Below, in pieces: positions 31,075-46,990 of a stretch of 64,000 nt of DNA (the first letter of the stretch is position 1; each line of letters starts with the position of its first letter). The stretch is from the human T2T-CHM13v2.0 reference genome, Homo sapiens, in assembly GCF_009914755.1 (NCBI RefSeq), contig NC_060944.1, one strand, 5' to 3'. The notes beneath the pieces are model-generated. The model was not told the DNA's origin. It was given only the letters and a program-made list of their open reading frames with translations, and ran no database searches. The position numbers and the translations under genes were made by a program.

Positions 31075-31394
31075 TGCAGCAGGCAAAGTTCTAAGATGTT
31101 CCTCAAGATTCTCCATACTTCCCCCACCAGGATACAGGCCCTGAGTAATCCCTGGGGCTATAAATTTGATGGATTTTACTTCCATGACTAGGTTATATAA
31201 TATAGCACATTTAAGAAAGGAAGATTATCAGGATGGGTCTGACTCACCGTAGTCATGATTATGACTACATTAATCCTTTGAAAGTACAGTTTTCTCTGTA
31301 CTTCTGGTCTACAAACATGTGAGCTAATAAATGAATATTGTTTTAAGCTGTCGAGTTTGTGGCAATTTGTTATACAGCAATAAAAGTGAATACA
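31075..31394 (+). mobile_element. MLT1E-like MaLR solo LTR with internal deletion
   Basis: TG...AGGCAAAGTTCTAAGATG start; ends TTTGTGGCAATTTGTTATACAGCAATAAAAGTGAATACA; 5-bp TSD ATAAT / ATAGT. Confidence 0.78.
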
Positions 31395-32043
31395 ATAGTA
31401 TATTAACCGTTTGTGGTATTTGCTACATATATATTTTTTAGTTTATCTTGCTATAAGTTTTGTTTGTACAAAACTCGGCTTCTTCATATAATTGCATCTA
31501 CTGAAGATTTGTTTCTTTATGATTTCTAGTATTTCTTCAAAGTTTAGAAGGCATTAAACAGGGTATTGTTGGTAGGACGCACAGAGGATTTGAGTCTGAG
31601 TGTCAAATAATTAATTTGATTAGACTCTGCCACTGGCATTCTTTTGCATAATAATTTATAAACTTTCAACCTGAACATTGACTTTCTCCATTGCTACTTA
31701 GCTGAGGAGAAATACGAATTCTCCTTTGGAAAAGTTTGGGGATTTCTAGAACACTAAACCATTCTTTTTGATGATTGAATGGAACTTTCAAATCTTATAT
31801 TTCAACACGAATGGGGATCTCACAATGGAAGGCAGCTCCCTAGAACTATGCTGTTAGCCCTTTCCTTCACCATAATACTTGGCAAGAGACAACTTACACA
31901 GACTTTTCATTTTTATTCTACCCTTCTTCCAAATTCTCTGGATGGTCTAGCCTGTATTGCCTGTTGTTTTCAGTGTTGTTCTGATCTCAAATGGGCTTCC
32001 ACAAGTGGCTAGAAGGGATTAGTTTTCATATTTCTTCCATTAG

Positions 32044-32724
<681 letters not shown>

Positions 32725-33073
32725 ATGACTGGATTTTTAACACCCATCCACATTATTGGTCACTGTTGGTGCTTCAAGTGTTTCTGTAACATTCCTGGAT
32801 TGACACTAAAAAAAATCCTAAACAAGAGAATTGTTACTATTATGGATACATTTGTTCTTTCAACTTACAAATATTAAGGACCTACTGTCTGCTAGCTCTG
32901 CAGGCCTCGCCATTTTTTGCCTTTTCCATTTGACACTTATATGTCAAATAGCCTGTGCTAAGAAAGTCCTTAATGCTACAAAGGAAAGTAAATGTACTTA
33001 TATTTGTTGCCTGACTTAACAGGAATATATAGGCAAAAGCTAGTAGTTATGCTGAATTTAAGACAGTATGTTT

Positions 33074-34290
<1,217 letters not shown>

Positions 34291-35444
34291 AAACAGTATT
34301 TTTATTTTTATAATGTAAGTGTGTGATAATTTGTTTAAATCTAATATTGTTTCTATTAGCTTAAGTTAAGCATTGAGACAAAAATTGGAAGCATGGAAAT
34401 GAGAAAACTCTAGTAACGATTCTGTCAGGGGTGCATAGTCATTGTGTATAGATTAGGAGGTAGAAAGTGATCCCGTCTTATGATTTTAAAGTTTGAAAGG
34501 AACTGAAGGATAATCCAGGCCAAATGCTTCATGTCATAGATGGGGAAACAGAGTCCTAGAGAGAGGAAATAACGTACTCAAGGACGTGGAGGTCCTATGT
34601 GGCAGAACCATGCGTAGGACCCTATTTCCTGTTACTCACTTCTTTTCCTTTCCTTGATTTGGGTTGCTTTGTTACTGGTACTTAATAATTCGGTAGAAAC
34701 TTGACATGTACTTCATGATATTAAATTGATATTGTAGGTTGGACTCTGGAGGGGTTTTAGGACTCCTTGTCTTTTCTGTGGGATTGAAACAATATGGTTT
34801 CTATTAAAATATTCAGTGACCCTTCTATCTTTTGAAGTATTTGGTTAGATGAAATGTGGATAGTAACCAAAACCTCTATAAGTAGTATTATACTTTGGTC
34901 TGATTGAATTACTGAGCAGTTTTGTATTATTCTTGTTGAGTATTTTTGGTTTGTTGGTTTGAAAAAGGAAACAGTTCTACAGATGTGTTTTTTTCTAGTA
35001 ACTTCTGACTGCTTTTCTATTGATCTCCTTTTTACGTCAAATAATAAAGCTAAAAGAAGCTTTGTTATGTCTTTTAACAAAATATTGATCTTTTATTGGT
35101 ATGAAAACATCTTGGTTGTTAAATTGCTTCATTAATTTTATACCTCTTTTATATTGAAGTCTGTAATTGTTTGGTGTAAGAGTTACTCCAGTTACTGCTT
35201 GTTTTAAAATTGATTTTCCTTTTAATTTAGAGACATAAATGAATCATTTTTTCCCCTTTAATTTCTTCCTGCTATATAAAAGACATTAAAACTTTTTTAG
35301 GCTATCAATAATATTACATAGGTCTTTTTGGATAATACAGTCCTATGTTGTTGGTGAAGGTTCTAAACCTGCTAGTCTTGCCTAGTTTCAGATATTGTCT
35401 GGTAAAATAACATCACTATATTATGCATGCAGCTACTCCAATAC

Positions 35445-35640
35445 ATATGGAATTCAGGAAACTTGGATTTGAATTGTCTCTCTTTTAGTTATTATCTGTG
35501 ACAAGTCACTTAGCTCCTCTCAGTATCTCTGTTTCCTCATCTTTTAAGTGGAGACAATAAGATTTTTAGAGTCCTTGTATGGACTAAGTAAGATAAAGCA
35601 TGCATCCCTGGCACATTGTCAATGCTCATAAATAGTAGCT
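35445..35640 (+). mobile_element. MIR fragment
   Basis: GACAAGTCACTTAG...CTGTTTCCTCATC...CCTGGCACAT...ATAAATAGTAGC. Confidence 0.7.
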
Positions 35641-37839
35641 GTAAAAATACTGCACCTAGGGTAAACTATAGAACAGTATATTTATTCTGAAACATTATTC
35701 CTGTTAGCTATTATTTAATTCACCCAGCTTACTTTCCTCATCAGTTAATCTGTAACCCTTTTCTCCTTATATAAAAGACTTGGAATTATTTCATTGAGGG
35801 AGGTCAATAAGAAGATTCCCAAGGAGGATCTGATTAAAGAGTATCTATTTTCCCCATGATAAGATCAATAATTCCTTCTCAAGGGGGTGTCAGAACGAAT
35901 ATTTGAAAATTACCTTCCAACAAACTCTTTCTTTGCTTCTGGGAATAGTACATATTTGGAAAGGAGACAATAAATAGATGGGCAGTATCTTGTGCAGGAG
36001 TTCTGAACAACTATAGAATGCTTCCATCTGTTCACTTTTCAGTTTTGTTCTCCTTGACTTTCCTATCTTAGACTCCTGAGGTTGTTAGATGCACCCCTCT
36101 CATCCACACAGTGACTGTGTCTATCTATCTGGCCCATAAAACTCCTTTCCAGTATGTGAGAAATACATCCGTTATACAGGATTAGAGACAGTGGCATCGT
36201 CTTCCACACTGTAGTTTAACTCAGGCCTGGCACCAAACTAGTGTTTTTTGATGAGGTTGTTATCAGGCAAGAGAATGAAGCTAGTTCTGTAGTATGGTAC
36301 CACAGAGAAATTAGCCTGTTTCATGAACAAATGCAGATAATAGGGTACATAATTTTTAGTACTTGAAGCATAGCCATGAGTGTAATCTGATTGTCGGAAA
36401 GTATACAATTCTTAACCTATGGCCCTTATTTTAACCAAACATAGTCTGAATGTTACAAAACTTTAAATTATTTATAGAAATAAAGTCATTTTATCATTGA
36501 TTATCTGAAGCTCCTGTTTTTGTCCCTGATAAATCATATAGGACCTTTAGTTACCTCTCCAATTTGCACTCTCTCTGTATTTCTGGACATATCAACAAAC
36601 TATTTCTCAGCTGCTATGTGGCATTGGTCATACTGTTTCTCTCCTACCCAAATGCTCCTTGCTGAAGGAGCCTCACCTTCATCAGCACTGCAGCATCCAT
36701 GGTAAAGATGTAGGGAAGACAACTAAGACCCCAGCTCCATGCTTCACCTGGTCACCTAGGCCCTTTGAAGAAATCTTGCAGTGCGGCATACCATTAGTCT
36801 CCCTTGGACAAGAAAATATAAAGTCCTGCCTCCCTAGATACCAGCCTACCTAACGAAGCCTTCTAAAATAGTGGGCTTTAGAAAATCAAATCTCGTATCT
36901 GAAGATAGTGGTAATCATCAATGTTTCAGAAAGGTAGCATTTCTGGCCCTTGAGTGCACTTATAAAGGTTGATGAATGTCAGTGGTTTCTGGCAGGTTTA
37001 ATGCTTAGGCAAGGGAAGGAAGGGAGGAATCAAGGAAGAATAGGAAATAGTGAAGAGAGTAAGTAAACAGTGGGGAAATAAAAATATGTCTGTGATCAGC
37101 AGTGGTAAAATTCCCCTGAAATTTGTTAGAGATACAACTTAGTAGTTGCCTGAAGATGCTTATCTTTCCCTAGTGGTATTTAAAATCTCTCTCTCCTGCC
37201 ACTAGCATTTTAGTTCTTTCTTTCTTCTTTCATGTATGTTTAATTTTTGAAAATAATTGGAGATTTATGGTAGTATCAGTGGTATTTTTTCCATTTTTTT
37301 TCTCTTGAACTATGTTTTCTTTGCTCCAAAAAGCAAATGGCAGTCTTCAAAGGACGATTTGTTTCTATTTGTATAAATTGAGTATAAGCTGCATCCAATT
37401 CCTAGTGCATGCATAAAACTCTTTTTGAGGAAATGTGACCAATATATAACATTTTATTGAATGTTTCTTGAAATTGGTGTCAAACTGTTTTTTATTTCAT
37501 TTCTTTTGGGATGCCTAATTGAATTGAAACTTCATTATTTCATTCCATGGCTTAGGCCACCTTTAGAGGGAATATACCATGTGAGCTCCTACTTACCCAT
37601 TAAGACCAGATATCCACTAGGGACTTAATAGGCTAATGTGTTCCTCTTTCACCTCCTATGTCCTAAATTTAGCATTAGCTAAATTGACTAATTAAAATAA
37701 CCCTAGCCTTATTCCTCTTCCTAGTGGATATTGTTTTATTTAAACATTTCATCACAGAACTTGGTACAATTGTTAGGCACTTCTTACATGATCCTGGAAC
37801 TGAAATGTCAGATGCGTGTAGGGTATTATAACCTAACCA

Positions 37840-38584
37840 ACCATAATGAGATACCAGGATGGCTATGATTAAAAATAAAGGAAGTGGTGAGAATGGAATA
37901 AAAAGTGCTGCAGAGGATGTTGAGAAATTGGAACACTCAAACATGGCTGGTAGGAATGTAAAATGGTGGAGCCACTGTAGAAAACATTTTGGGGATTCCT
38001 CAAAAAGTTAAACATAAACTTAACCGTGGAATGACCCAGCCATTCCACTCCTAGGTATAATGCCCAAGAGAATTAAAAACATATGTTTTCGCAAGAACTT
38101 TCACATGAATGTCCATAGCAGCATTTTTTGTCATAGCCCAAAAGTGGAAACAACTCAAATGTTCATCTTCTGACGAATGGATACACAAAATGTGGTCTAT
38201 CCATACAATGAAATATTATTGAGCTATAGAAGGGAATGAAATACTAAGATATGCTACAATGTAGATGAATCTCAAAAACATTGTTCTGAGTGAAAGAAGC
38301 CAGACACAAAAGGTTACATATTGTAGGCTTTCATTTATATGAACTATCCAGAATAGATAATGGAGGCAGAAAGCAAAATGGTAGTAGCCAGGGGATGACA
38401 GAAGGAGGGGATAGGGAGTGACTGTTTAATGGATATGAGATTTAATGGATCTGAGATGAAATGTCTTGAAACTAGATAAAGGTGGTGGTTGCACAACATT
38501 TTGAATGTTCTACATACAACTAGATTTCACTTACACTTTCAAAAGGTTAACTTTATGTTATATAAGTTTTACCTCAGTAAAAAA
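37840..38584 (+). mobile_element. L1MB7-like 3' end
   Basis: GAGTGAAAGAAGCCAGACACAAAAGG...GGTGGTGGTTGCACAACATTTTGAATG...TTTTACCTCAGTAAAAAA. Confidence 0.82.
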
Positions 38585-39914
38585 TAAGCAAACTCACAGA
38601 ATTTAGAGTGAAATTCTAAAATCTTGACAGCCACTTGCTCCCTTCATTTTTTCGGGACTAATCTTGTATAATTTCAGGCTTAGGCTACCTTGTTGGGGTA
38701 AGATCAGTTTTAAAATTCATAATGCTTTTTTTCTAAAACAAAGTGTTCAGTAAAGATAAACAAAAAGAAAAATTAGAATCACCATAATTGTACCACTCAG
38801 AACAATTCTTAATATTTTTGTATGTGTATTTCCTGTGTTTTTTCCAGTGTGTAATATATGTACACATACTCTATACATGCATGTACATATTTGTGAAATA
38901 GGGTCATTTTGCATATAGTGTTTATAACATACTTTTATCATTTAATGATGCATTAGAAAATTATTTGGTCTATTTTCTATAGTTTCACAAGTATACAGCA
39001 TAACTCTTTTAAAATATGTCTTCAGAAAAAAAAATAGCAGCAAAATAGGGTAAAGATCATGTTTCATTTGTTTTTGAATCCCTGGAGTTGTTCAAAAGAA
39101 ATAGCCACTTTATTGGATTGGGTTGGACTGGATTGGATTAGATTGAATTAAACTAGAATAACTTCTAGAAACCAATGAAGAACTTCTGAAATATTCAACA
39201 TCTTGTTTTGTTATAATACTCTCTTAGCTTCATTTTAGTTGGTGACTTGATATACCCCTTTTTCCCTTCAGGGTGTCAGGATTGTAGAAGCCTGAGTGTT
39301 ACGTGAAGCAAATGTCCCCATGTATTCTGTTTTAGTTTACTATAGCTGCCACAACAAAATACCATAGATGGGGTGACTTAAAAAGAAAACTTTATTTTCT
39401 CACAGTTCTGAAGGGTGGCAGTCCAAGATCAGACCAGCAGGTTTAGTTTCTCCTGAGGTCTTTCTCCTTGGCTTGCAGATGGCTGCCCTCTTGCTATGGC
39501 ATCACATGTCCTTTTCTCTGTGCATGCGCTTCCCTGGTGTCTGTATGTTCTCATCTCTACTTTTTATAAGGACATCAGTCAAATTGGATCAGGGCCCACC
39601 CTAATGGCGTCATTTTAACTTAATTACATCTTTAAAAGCCCTATACAAATAAAATAAACACATTCTAAGGTAATGGGGGTTAGGGATTCAACATATGAAT
39701 TTTGGGGGTCCATGTAGGCATACGTCATTTATTGTACTTTGCTTTATTGCGTTCCATAGTGTGGGTGTGTGTTTGTTAATTTTTTAAAGCAAATTAAAGG
39801 TTTGTGGTAACCCTGTGCTGAGCAAATCTGTTGGCACTGTTTTTTCCAATAGCATAGGCACTTTGTGTCTCCATGTCAAATTTTGGTAATTGTAATATTT
39901 AAAAGTTTTCATTA

Positions 39915-39967
39915 AAAATTTAAAACATTTTCAATTATTATGGGCACATAATAGTTGTGTATATTTC
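39915..39967 (-). mobile_element. Tiny 5'-truncated L1MA-type 3' tip inside Tigger1
   Basis: ATTATTATGGGCACATAATAGTTGTGTATATTT flanked by duplicated TTTTCATTA (39906-39914, 39969-39977). Confidence 0.65.
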
Positions 39968-40585
39968 TTTTTCATTATTATTATATCTGTTACAGTGACC
40001 TGTGACAATTGGTCTTTGATGTTACCATTGTAACTGTTTTGGGGTACCACCAACCGCACCCATAGAAGACAGTGAACTTAATCTATAAATGTGTGTGTTC
40101 TGACTGCTCCATCAACTGGCTGATCCCCAGCCTCTTTCCCTGTCCTCAGGGCTGCTTATTCTTTGAGAAACAACAGTATTGAAATTAGGCCAATTAATAA
40201 CCCTGCAGTGGCCTCTAAGTGTTCAAGTGAAAGCAAGAGTCACATGTCTCTCACTTTCAATCAAAAGCTGGAAATGATTAAACATAGCGAGGAAGACATG
40301 TCAAAAGGCAAGAGGCCAAAAATGAGGCCTCTTGCTCCAGTTGGGAGAGTTATGAATGCAAATGAAAAGTTCCTGAAGGAAATTAAAAGTGCTACTCCAG
40401 TGAACACATGAATAGTAAGGAAGTGAAACAGCCTTGCTGCTGATATAGAGAACGTTTTATTGGTCTGGATAGATGATCAAATCAGCCACAATATTCCCTT
40501 ATGCCATAGCCTAATTGTAAGGCCCTAACTCTCTTCAATACTGTGAAGGCCAAGAGAGGTGAGGAAACTCCATAAGAAAAGTTTG

Positions 40586-41682
40586 GGCCATAGTGTGCAG
40601 GTAGCTGTCCCTACTTGCTTCTTGCTGAGGCTGCCTCAGAACCCCTTTCCACTGCTTCATGATTTTCTGTTGTCTCTTGGCAAAAATGGCAAATAATGAT
40701 GCTGTTCTGAAGAGGCTGGAGCAGAAGGAGGCAGAGGTGGGTCAAATCATTGAATATCTTAAGCAGCAAGTTGCTCTACTTAAGGAGAAAGCCATTTTTG
40801 CAGGCAATTTTGAGGGAAGAGAAGAAACTTTGAGTAGGAAACTGAAGGAAGAAGTTGAATTGAAACAAGAGCTAATTCAGACAGAAATTCAAAACAGAAT
40901 GAAGCAAATACCATTTCCATCTGGTATTCCACTGCATGCTAATTATGTGGTTTCTGAACGTGATACAATCTACACCAGTAACAACCACATCTTCTGGTAT
41001 CAAAGAACAGATAAAAGGAGGAGCAGGAGAAGAAGAGAAAGCAAAAGAGAAAATTGAAGAGAAAGGAGAGAAGGAGAAAAAACAGCAATCAATAGCAGGA
41101 AGCACCAACTCTAAGCCAATAAATGTTTCCCAACTAGATCTTTGAATTGGTTGCATCATAAATGTCAGAAAACACCCTGATGCAGATTCTTTGTATGTAG
41201 AAGACGTAGTTGTTGGGGAAATAGTCCCAAGAACAGTTGTCAGTGGTCTGGAGAATCATGTTCCTTTTGAACAGATGCAAAATCAGATGGTGATTTTACT
41301 TTGTAACCTGAAACCTACAATGATGAGGGGAGTATTATCTCAAGCAGTGGTCATGTGTGCTTGTTCACCAGAGAAGGTTGAAATCTTGGCCCTTCCTAAT
41401 GGAGACAATTACTTTTGATGCTTTCCCTGGAGAGCCCAACAAGGAACCAAATCCTAAGAAGATTTGGGAGCAGATCCCACCTCATTTTTATACTATGATG
41501 AGTATGTGGCTATATACAAAGGAGCTCCCTTTGAGATGAAAGGGAAGGGAGGGTGTAGGGTTCAAACTATGAACAACAGTGGAATAAAATAAAACAAAAT
41601 GCCTTCATTATGGAAATACATTGGAGAAAACCTTATAAAAAGGAATGTATTTGCCACTTGTACCTAAAAAAATAATAACAAC
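40586..41682 (+). pseudogene. AIMP1P1: Processed pseudogene of AIMP1 (p43/SCYE1, EMAP-II precursor); CDS-equivalent 40686-41592
   Basis: Intronless. MANNDAVLKRLEQK..., [34 protein letters not shown], ...NSGIK* match AIMP1. Frameshifts and a premature TGA at 41143-41145; A-rich tail 41666-41682; TSD AG(A/C)AAAGTTTG at 40575-40585 and 41683-41693. Parent gene is certain; P1 versus P2 is from recollection only. Confidence 0.95.
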
Positions 41683-43521
41683 AGCAAAGTTTGAGGCTAC
41701 CAGAAGTTTATGAGGTTTAAGAAAAGAAGCTATGTCCATAACATAAAAGTGCAAGGTGAAGCTGCAAGTACTGATGTAGAAGCTTGAGGCAAGTTATCCA
41801 GAAGACCTAGGTAAGATAATTGATGAAGGTGGTTACAATAAACAACAGATTTTCAGTGTATATGAAACAGCCTTTTACTAGACGATGATACCATTTAAGA
41901 CTTTCATAGCTAGAGAGAAGAAATCAATGCTTGGCTTAAAGTGTCAAAGGACAGGGTGACACTCTTGGTAGGGGTTAATGCAGCTGGTGACTCTAAGTTG
42001 AAGCCAGTGCTCATTCAACATTTACAAAATCCTAGGGCCCTTAATATTGATGCTGAATCTACTCTGCCTGTGTTCTATAAGCAGAATCACAATGCCTGGA
42101 TGACAACATATCAATTTGTGGCATGGCTTACTGAATATTTTAGGCCCACTTTTGAGACCAGCTGCTCAGAAAAAAAGATTCCTTTCAAAATATTACTTTT
42201 CATTGACATTGCAACTAGTTACCCAAAAATTCTGATGAAGATGTACAAAGAGCAGTCATGTTAACACAACATCAATTCTTCAGCCCATGCACCAAGGAAT
42301 AATTTCAACTTTTAAGTATTATTATCTAAGAAGTATATTTTATAAGGCTATAATTGCCATAGATAGTGTTTCCTTTGATGGATATGGACAAAGTAATTGA
42401 AAAGCTTCTAGAGAAAAAAGTAACCATTCTAGATGCCATTAAGAACACTTGTAATTCATGGAAGGAGGTCACAATATTAACACGAACAGAAATTTGGAAG
42501 AAGTTGATTCTAACCCTTGTGGATGACTTCGAGGTCCATCCAAGTTCAAGGCTTCAGTGGAGGAAGTCATAGCAGATATCGTGGAAATAGCAAGAATATT
42601 AGAATTAGAAGTGAAATTCTAAAGATGAACTGAATTATTTCAATCTTGCAATAAAACTTGAACTGATGAGGAATTGCTTCTTATGGATGAGCAAAGAAAG
42701 TAGTTTCTTGAGATGGAATCTAGTCCTGGTGAAGATGCTGTGAATATTGTTGAAATGACAACACAGAATTTGGAATATTACATAAACTTAGTTGATAAAG
42801 CAGAGCAGGGTTTGAGAGGATTGACTGCAAATTTGAAAGAAGTTCTACTCTGAGTAAAATGCTATTAAATAGCATGACATATTGTAGAGAAATCTTTCAT
42901 GAAAAGAAGTAAATCGATGTTTTAAATTTCATTGTCTTATTTAAGAGATTACCACAGCAAAACCAATCTTTAGCAACCACTACCTTGATCGGTCAGTAGC
43001 CATCAACATCAAGCCACGACCTTCTACCAGCAAAAAAATTATGACTTGCTGAGGACTCAGATGATTGTTAGCATGTTTTGGCAATAAAGTATTTTTTAAA
43101 GTAAGTTATGTGCATTGTGTTTTTAGACATAATGTCATTGCACATTTAATAGACTACAGTTTAATATAAACATAATTTTATATGCACTGGGAAACCAAAA
43201 AATTTGTGTGACTCGCTTTATTGCAATATTTGTTTTATAAAAGTTGTCTGGAACTGAACCTGCCGTATCTTTGAGGTATGCCTGTAATTCGGTGTTCATA
43301 AAATATACCCAACTGAGAAAGACAATGTCATTGTGTCTACAAGAATCTTACCATGGGGACTCAGTTAAAGTGAGTCACCCAAATCTATCAAGAGGTAGAT
43401 TTTCTTACATTTTTATGAATGGCTCTGATTAGCAGAGGAGAAAATTGATAAAAAATATGTGTGGCAAGAATAGTAGAAAAAATGTTGGACATTTTTTGTT
43501 TTTAAACCAAGAAAATATCTA

Positions 43522-43820
43522 GGCTGGGCACGGTGGCTCACACCTGTAATCCCAGCACTTTGGGAGGCCAAGGTGGGTGGATCACCTGAGGTCAGGAGTT
43601 CAAGACAAGCCTGGCCAAGATGGTGAAACCCCGTCTCTGCTAAAAATAGAAAAATTAGCCGAGCGTGATGGCGGGAGCCTGTAATCCCAGCTACTCGGGA
43701 GGCTGAGGCAGAGAATTGCTTGAACCCAGGAGGAGGTTGCAGTGAGTCGAGATCACGCCACTGCACTCCAGCCTAGGCAACAGAGTGAGACTCTGTCTCA
43801 AAAAAAAAGAAAGAAAGAAA
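43522..43820 (+). mobile_element. AluSx-type
   Basis: GGATCACCTGAGGTCAGGAGTTC; TSD AAGAAAATATCTA. Confidence 0.93.
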
Positions 43821-44177
43821 AAGAAAATATCTACCGTTAGCATAGGAAAATTCATTATAGCAGCATATTCCCACTATTTTAATGGCCTGAAGAGAAATAG
43901 CACTATATTAGCAGTTCATAATTAACCCATAAGCAGGGCTTGTTGATCAGTATTTTTTGGGAAAAGAAGGCTTCACAGTCGGGATTTTTTGGTGCTAAAC
44001 AGAAGATACTCCTTTCAAATAAAAGCAAATTGGGATAAATTTGTCATTTTTTGGAGATAAATTATGAACATTTTAGATTAGTAGAATCTTCCTAATGATG
44101 AATTCCATTTCAAGGACAAGTTTTGTTTAAATTTTATCTTCAAGATCTGTGAATATAGAAAATTTAAAATAATTGTG

Positions 44178-44400
44178 TTTTTTTTGTTTTTTTTTTTTTT
44201 TCTTGAGACAGGCTCTGTTGCCCAAGCCAGACTGAAGTAGCTCAATCATAGCTTACTGCAACCTTGGACTTTTGGGTTCCAGTGCTCTTCCTGCCTCTGC
44301 CTCCTGAATAGCTGGGACTGCAGGAACGTGCCACCACACCTGGCTAATTTTAAAAAATTTTTTAGTAGAGACAGAGTTGCCTGGGCTATGTTGCTCAGGT
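44178..44400 (-). mobile_element. Partial AluJ (right arm plus linker)
   Basis: Poly-T, GAGACAGG..ATCATAGCTTACTGCAACCTTG; ends after TATGTTGCTCAGG. Confidence 0.8.
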
Positions 44401-44984
44401 TATGGAAGATTTTTTAAAACCTGTTTTCATATTGGATAATGACTTCTTTAAATGTATACTCTTCACTTGAGCAGGGGATAAAGAGTTGTTTTCTGAAGTT
44501 TGGCTTGAGAAAACAACTGTTTGGGTTTTAAAATCCAAGTGGAAACATGTTACAAATGAAATTTTTTTTTATTTCTCTTATTTAAAACAAACATAGTTTA
44601 TAGCTTTTATATATTAACAATCAAATAGCAGAACCATCTACATTTATCCAAAATAAGCTAGATTAGTTTGTGTGTATTTTCATGTAAGTCAAATAGGCAT
44701 TTGCTTATGAGGAGTCATTTAAATGCAGCTTTACAAGAAGTGGTACAATTGTCTGCAACATTTCTTTATCTCAAAGTAATTTGGATGAAATAACATCAGA
44801 AGATGTCAGTTTAAATGTTCCACTTGAAATCCGGTTAGTTTTTGATTATTCACACTAATGGAAGGAGAGTGTAGGCATGTAGACTCCGAAGAGACCTTTA
44901 ATCCAAAAATTACTTCTTAGCATTTGAAGATATTTGGGTAATACATTTGGATAATGGTGTGTTTCATGTCCTTTGGCTTTTTTA

Positions 44985-45602
<618 letters not shown>

Positions 45603-45890
45603 CCCTTTTGACTTTATTGACAGCCTTTGAATTTTAAGTAAATGCTGAAATGTATGTAGCTTACTGGAATATATATAGGAGACTTTATAGTTCTTTCTTT
45701 AGATCTTTGGATTTCCTTAAGAGACAGAGCACTTTACAAGACCTTTTGTTTCTCAAATATACATATAAACAGCAACACATTTGAAAGATAAATTCCAACT
45801 AATGATTAATGTTCTTTGCAGAGAATGACAAAATACATATTAATTACTTAGGGTTCTATTTGTATTTTACTTTCATAGTTAGAAATCTGT

Positions 45891-46487
<597 letters not shown>

Positions 46488-46669
46488 ATGACCTACCTTA
46501 AAGTTCTTAGCTGGACATTTTGCATTTCTCATCAGGAACCTAGGCTAATTTACAACCTTTGATATTGATTTCAACCACAGTACAGTTAATGAGTTATCAG
46601 TGATGACAAATCATGATCATTTCCAATACAAATATTAACTCTGATTATTTGTAAATATGTTATTTTTCC

Positions 46670-46925
46670 CACATTGTTCTAGACAGTGGGACATAGAGGT
46701 AAAGTAGGTAAAGGTGCTCACCTCCTGTAACTTATATTCCAGTGGGAGTGACAGATAATGCCCAATAAACAAATAAATGTATATTAAAATGTCAGGTAGT
46801 GATAAGCATAATGAAAAAATAAAACACAGTAAAGAGGTACCATTTCAGATAGGTTTGTTAGGAAAAGTCCTGAATGGGTGACATTTGTACAGAGATGTGA
46901 ATAAAGTGAAGGAACAACTTATGTA
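46670..46925 (-). mobile_element. L2 fragment
   Basis: CTTATATTCCAGTGGGAG..ACAGATAAT...GTGATAAG...GTGACATTTG..GAATAAAGTGAAGGA. Confidence 0.65.
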
Positions 46926-46990
46926 TACCTTGATAAGCACATATCTAACTAACATTTTTGGCATGGTTTAAGGTCTTTCTTTCATATATC

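Larger units (their letters stand above)
39715..43284 (+). mobile_element. Full-length Tigger1 (pogo/TcMar) DNA transposon with degraded transposase
   Basis: TIRs (C)AGGCATAC... / ...GAGGTATGCCTG followed by TA; transposase remnants QKLEMIK..EKFLKEIKSATPVNT and KDRVTLLVGVNAAGD..KIPFKILLFID; about 2.4 kb once inserts are removed. Confidence 0.93.
39328..43303 (-). mobile_element. MLT1B MaLR LTR (39328-39712, final ~17 bp at 43287-43303), split by Tigger1
   Basis: TTTATTTTCTCACAGTTCTG, CCTTGGCTTGCAGATGGC, TTATAAGGACATCAGTC, TTCAACATATGAATTTTGGGGG; the terminal ATTC..CATAA remnant follows Tigger1. Confidence 0.85.

Noticed and set aside
40659-41057. 132-aa ORF beginning with the AIMP1 N-terminus as a possible functional retrogene
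   Set aside because: It shifts in and out of the AIMP1 frame, the EMAP-II domain is cut by a stop and further frameshifts, and no promoter or CpG island is visible
40163-42572. TIGD1-like domesticated transposase gene
   Set aside because: Broken into short ORFs by stops and frameshifts and interrupted by the retrocopy; an ordinary Tigger1 fossil
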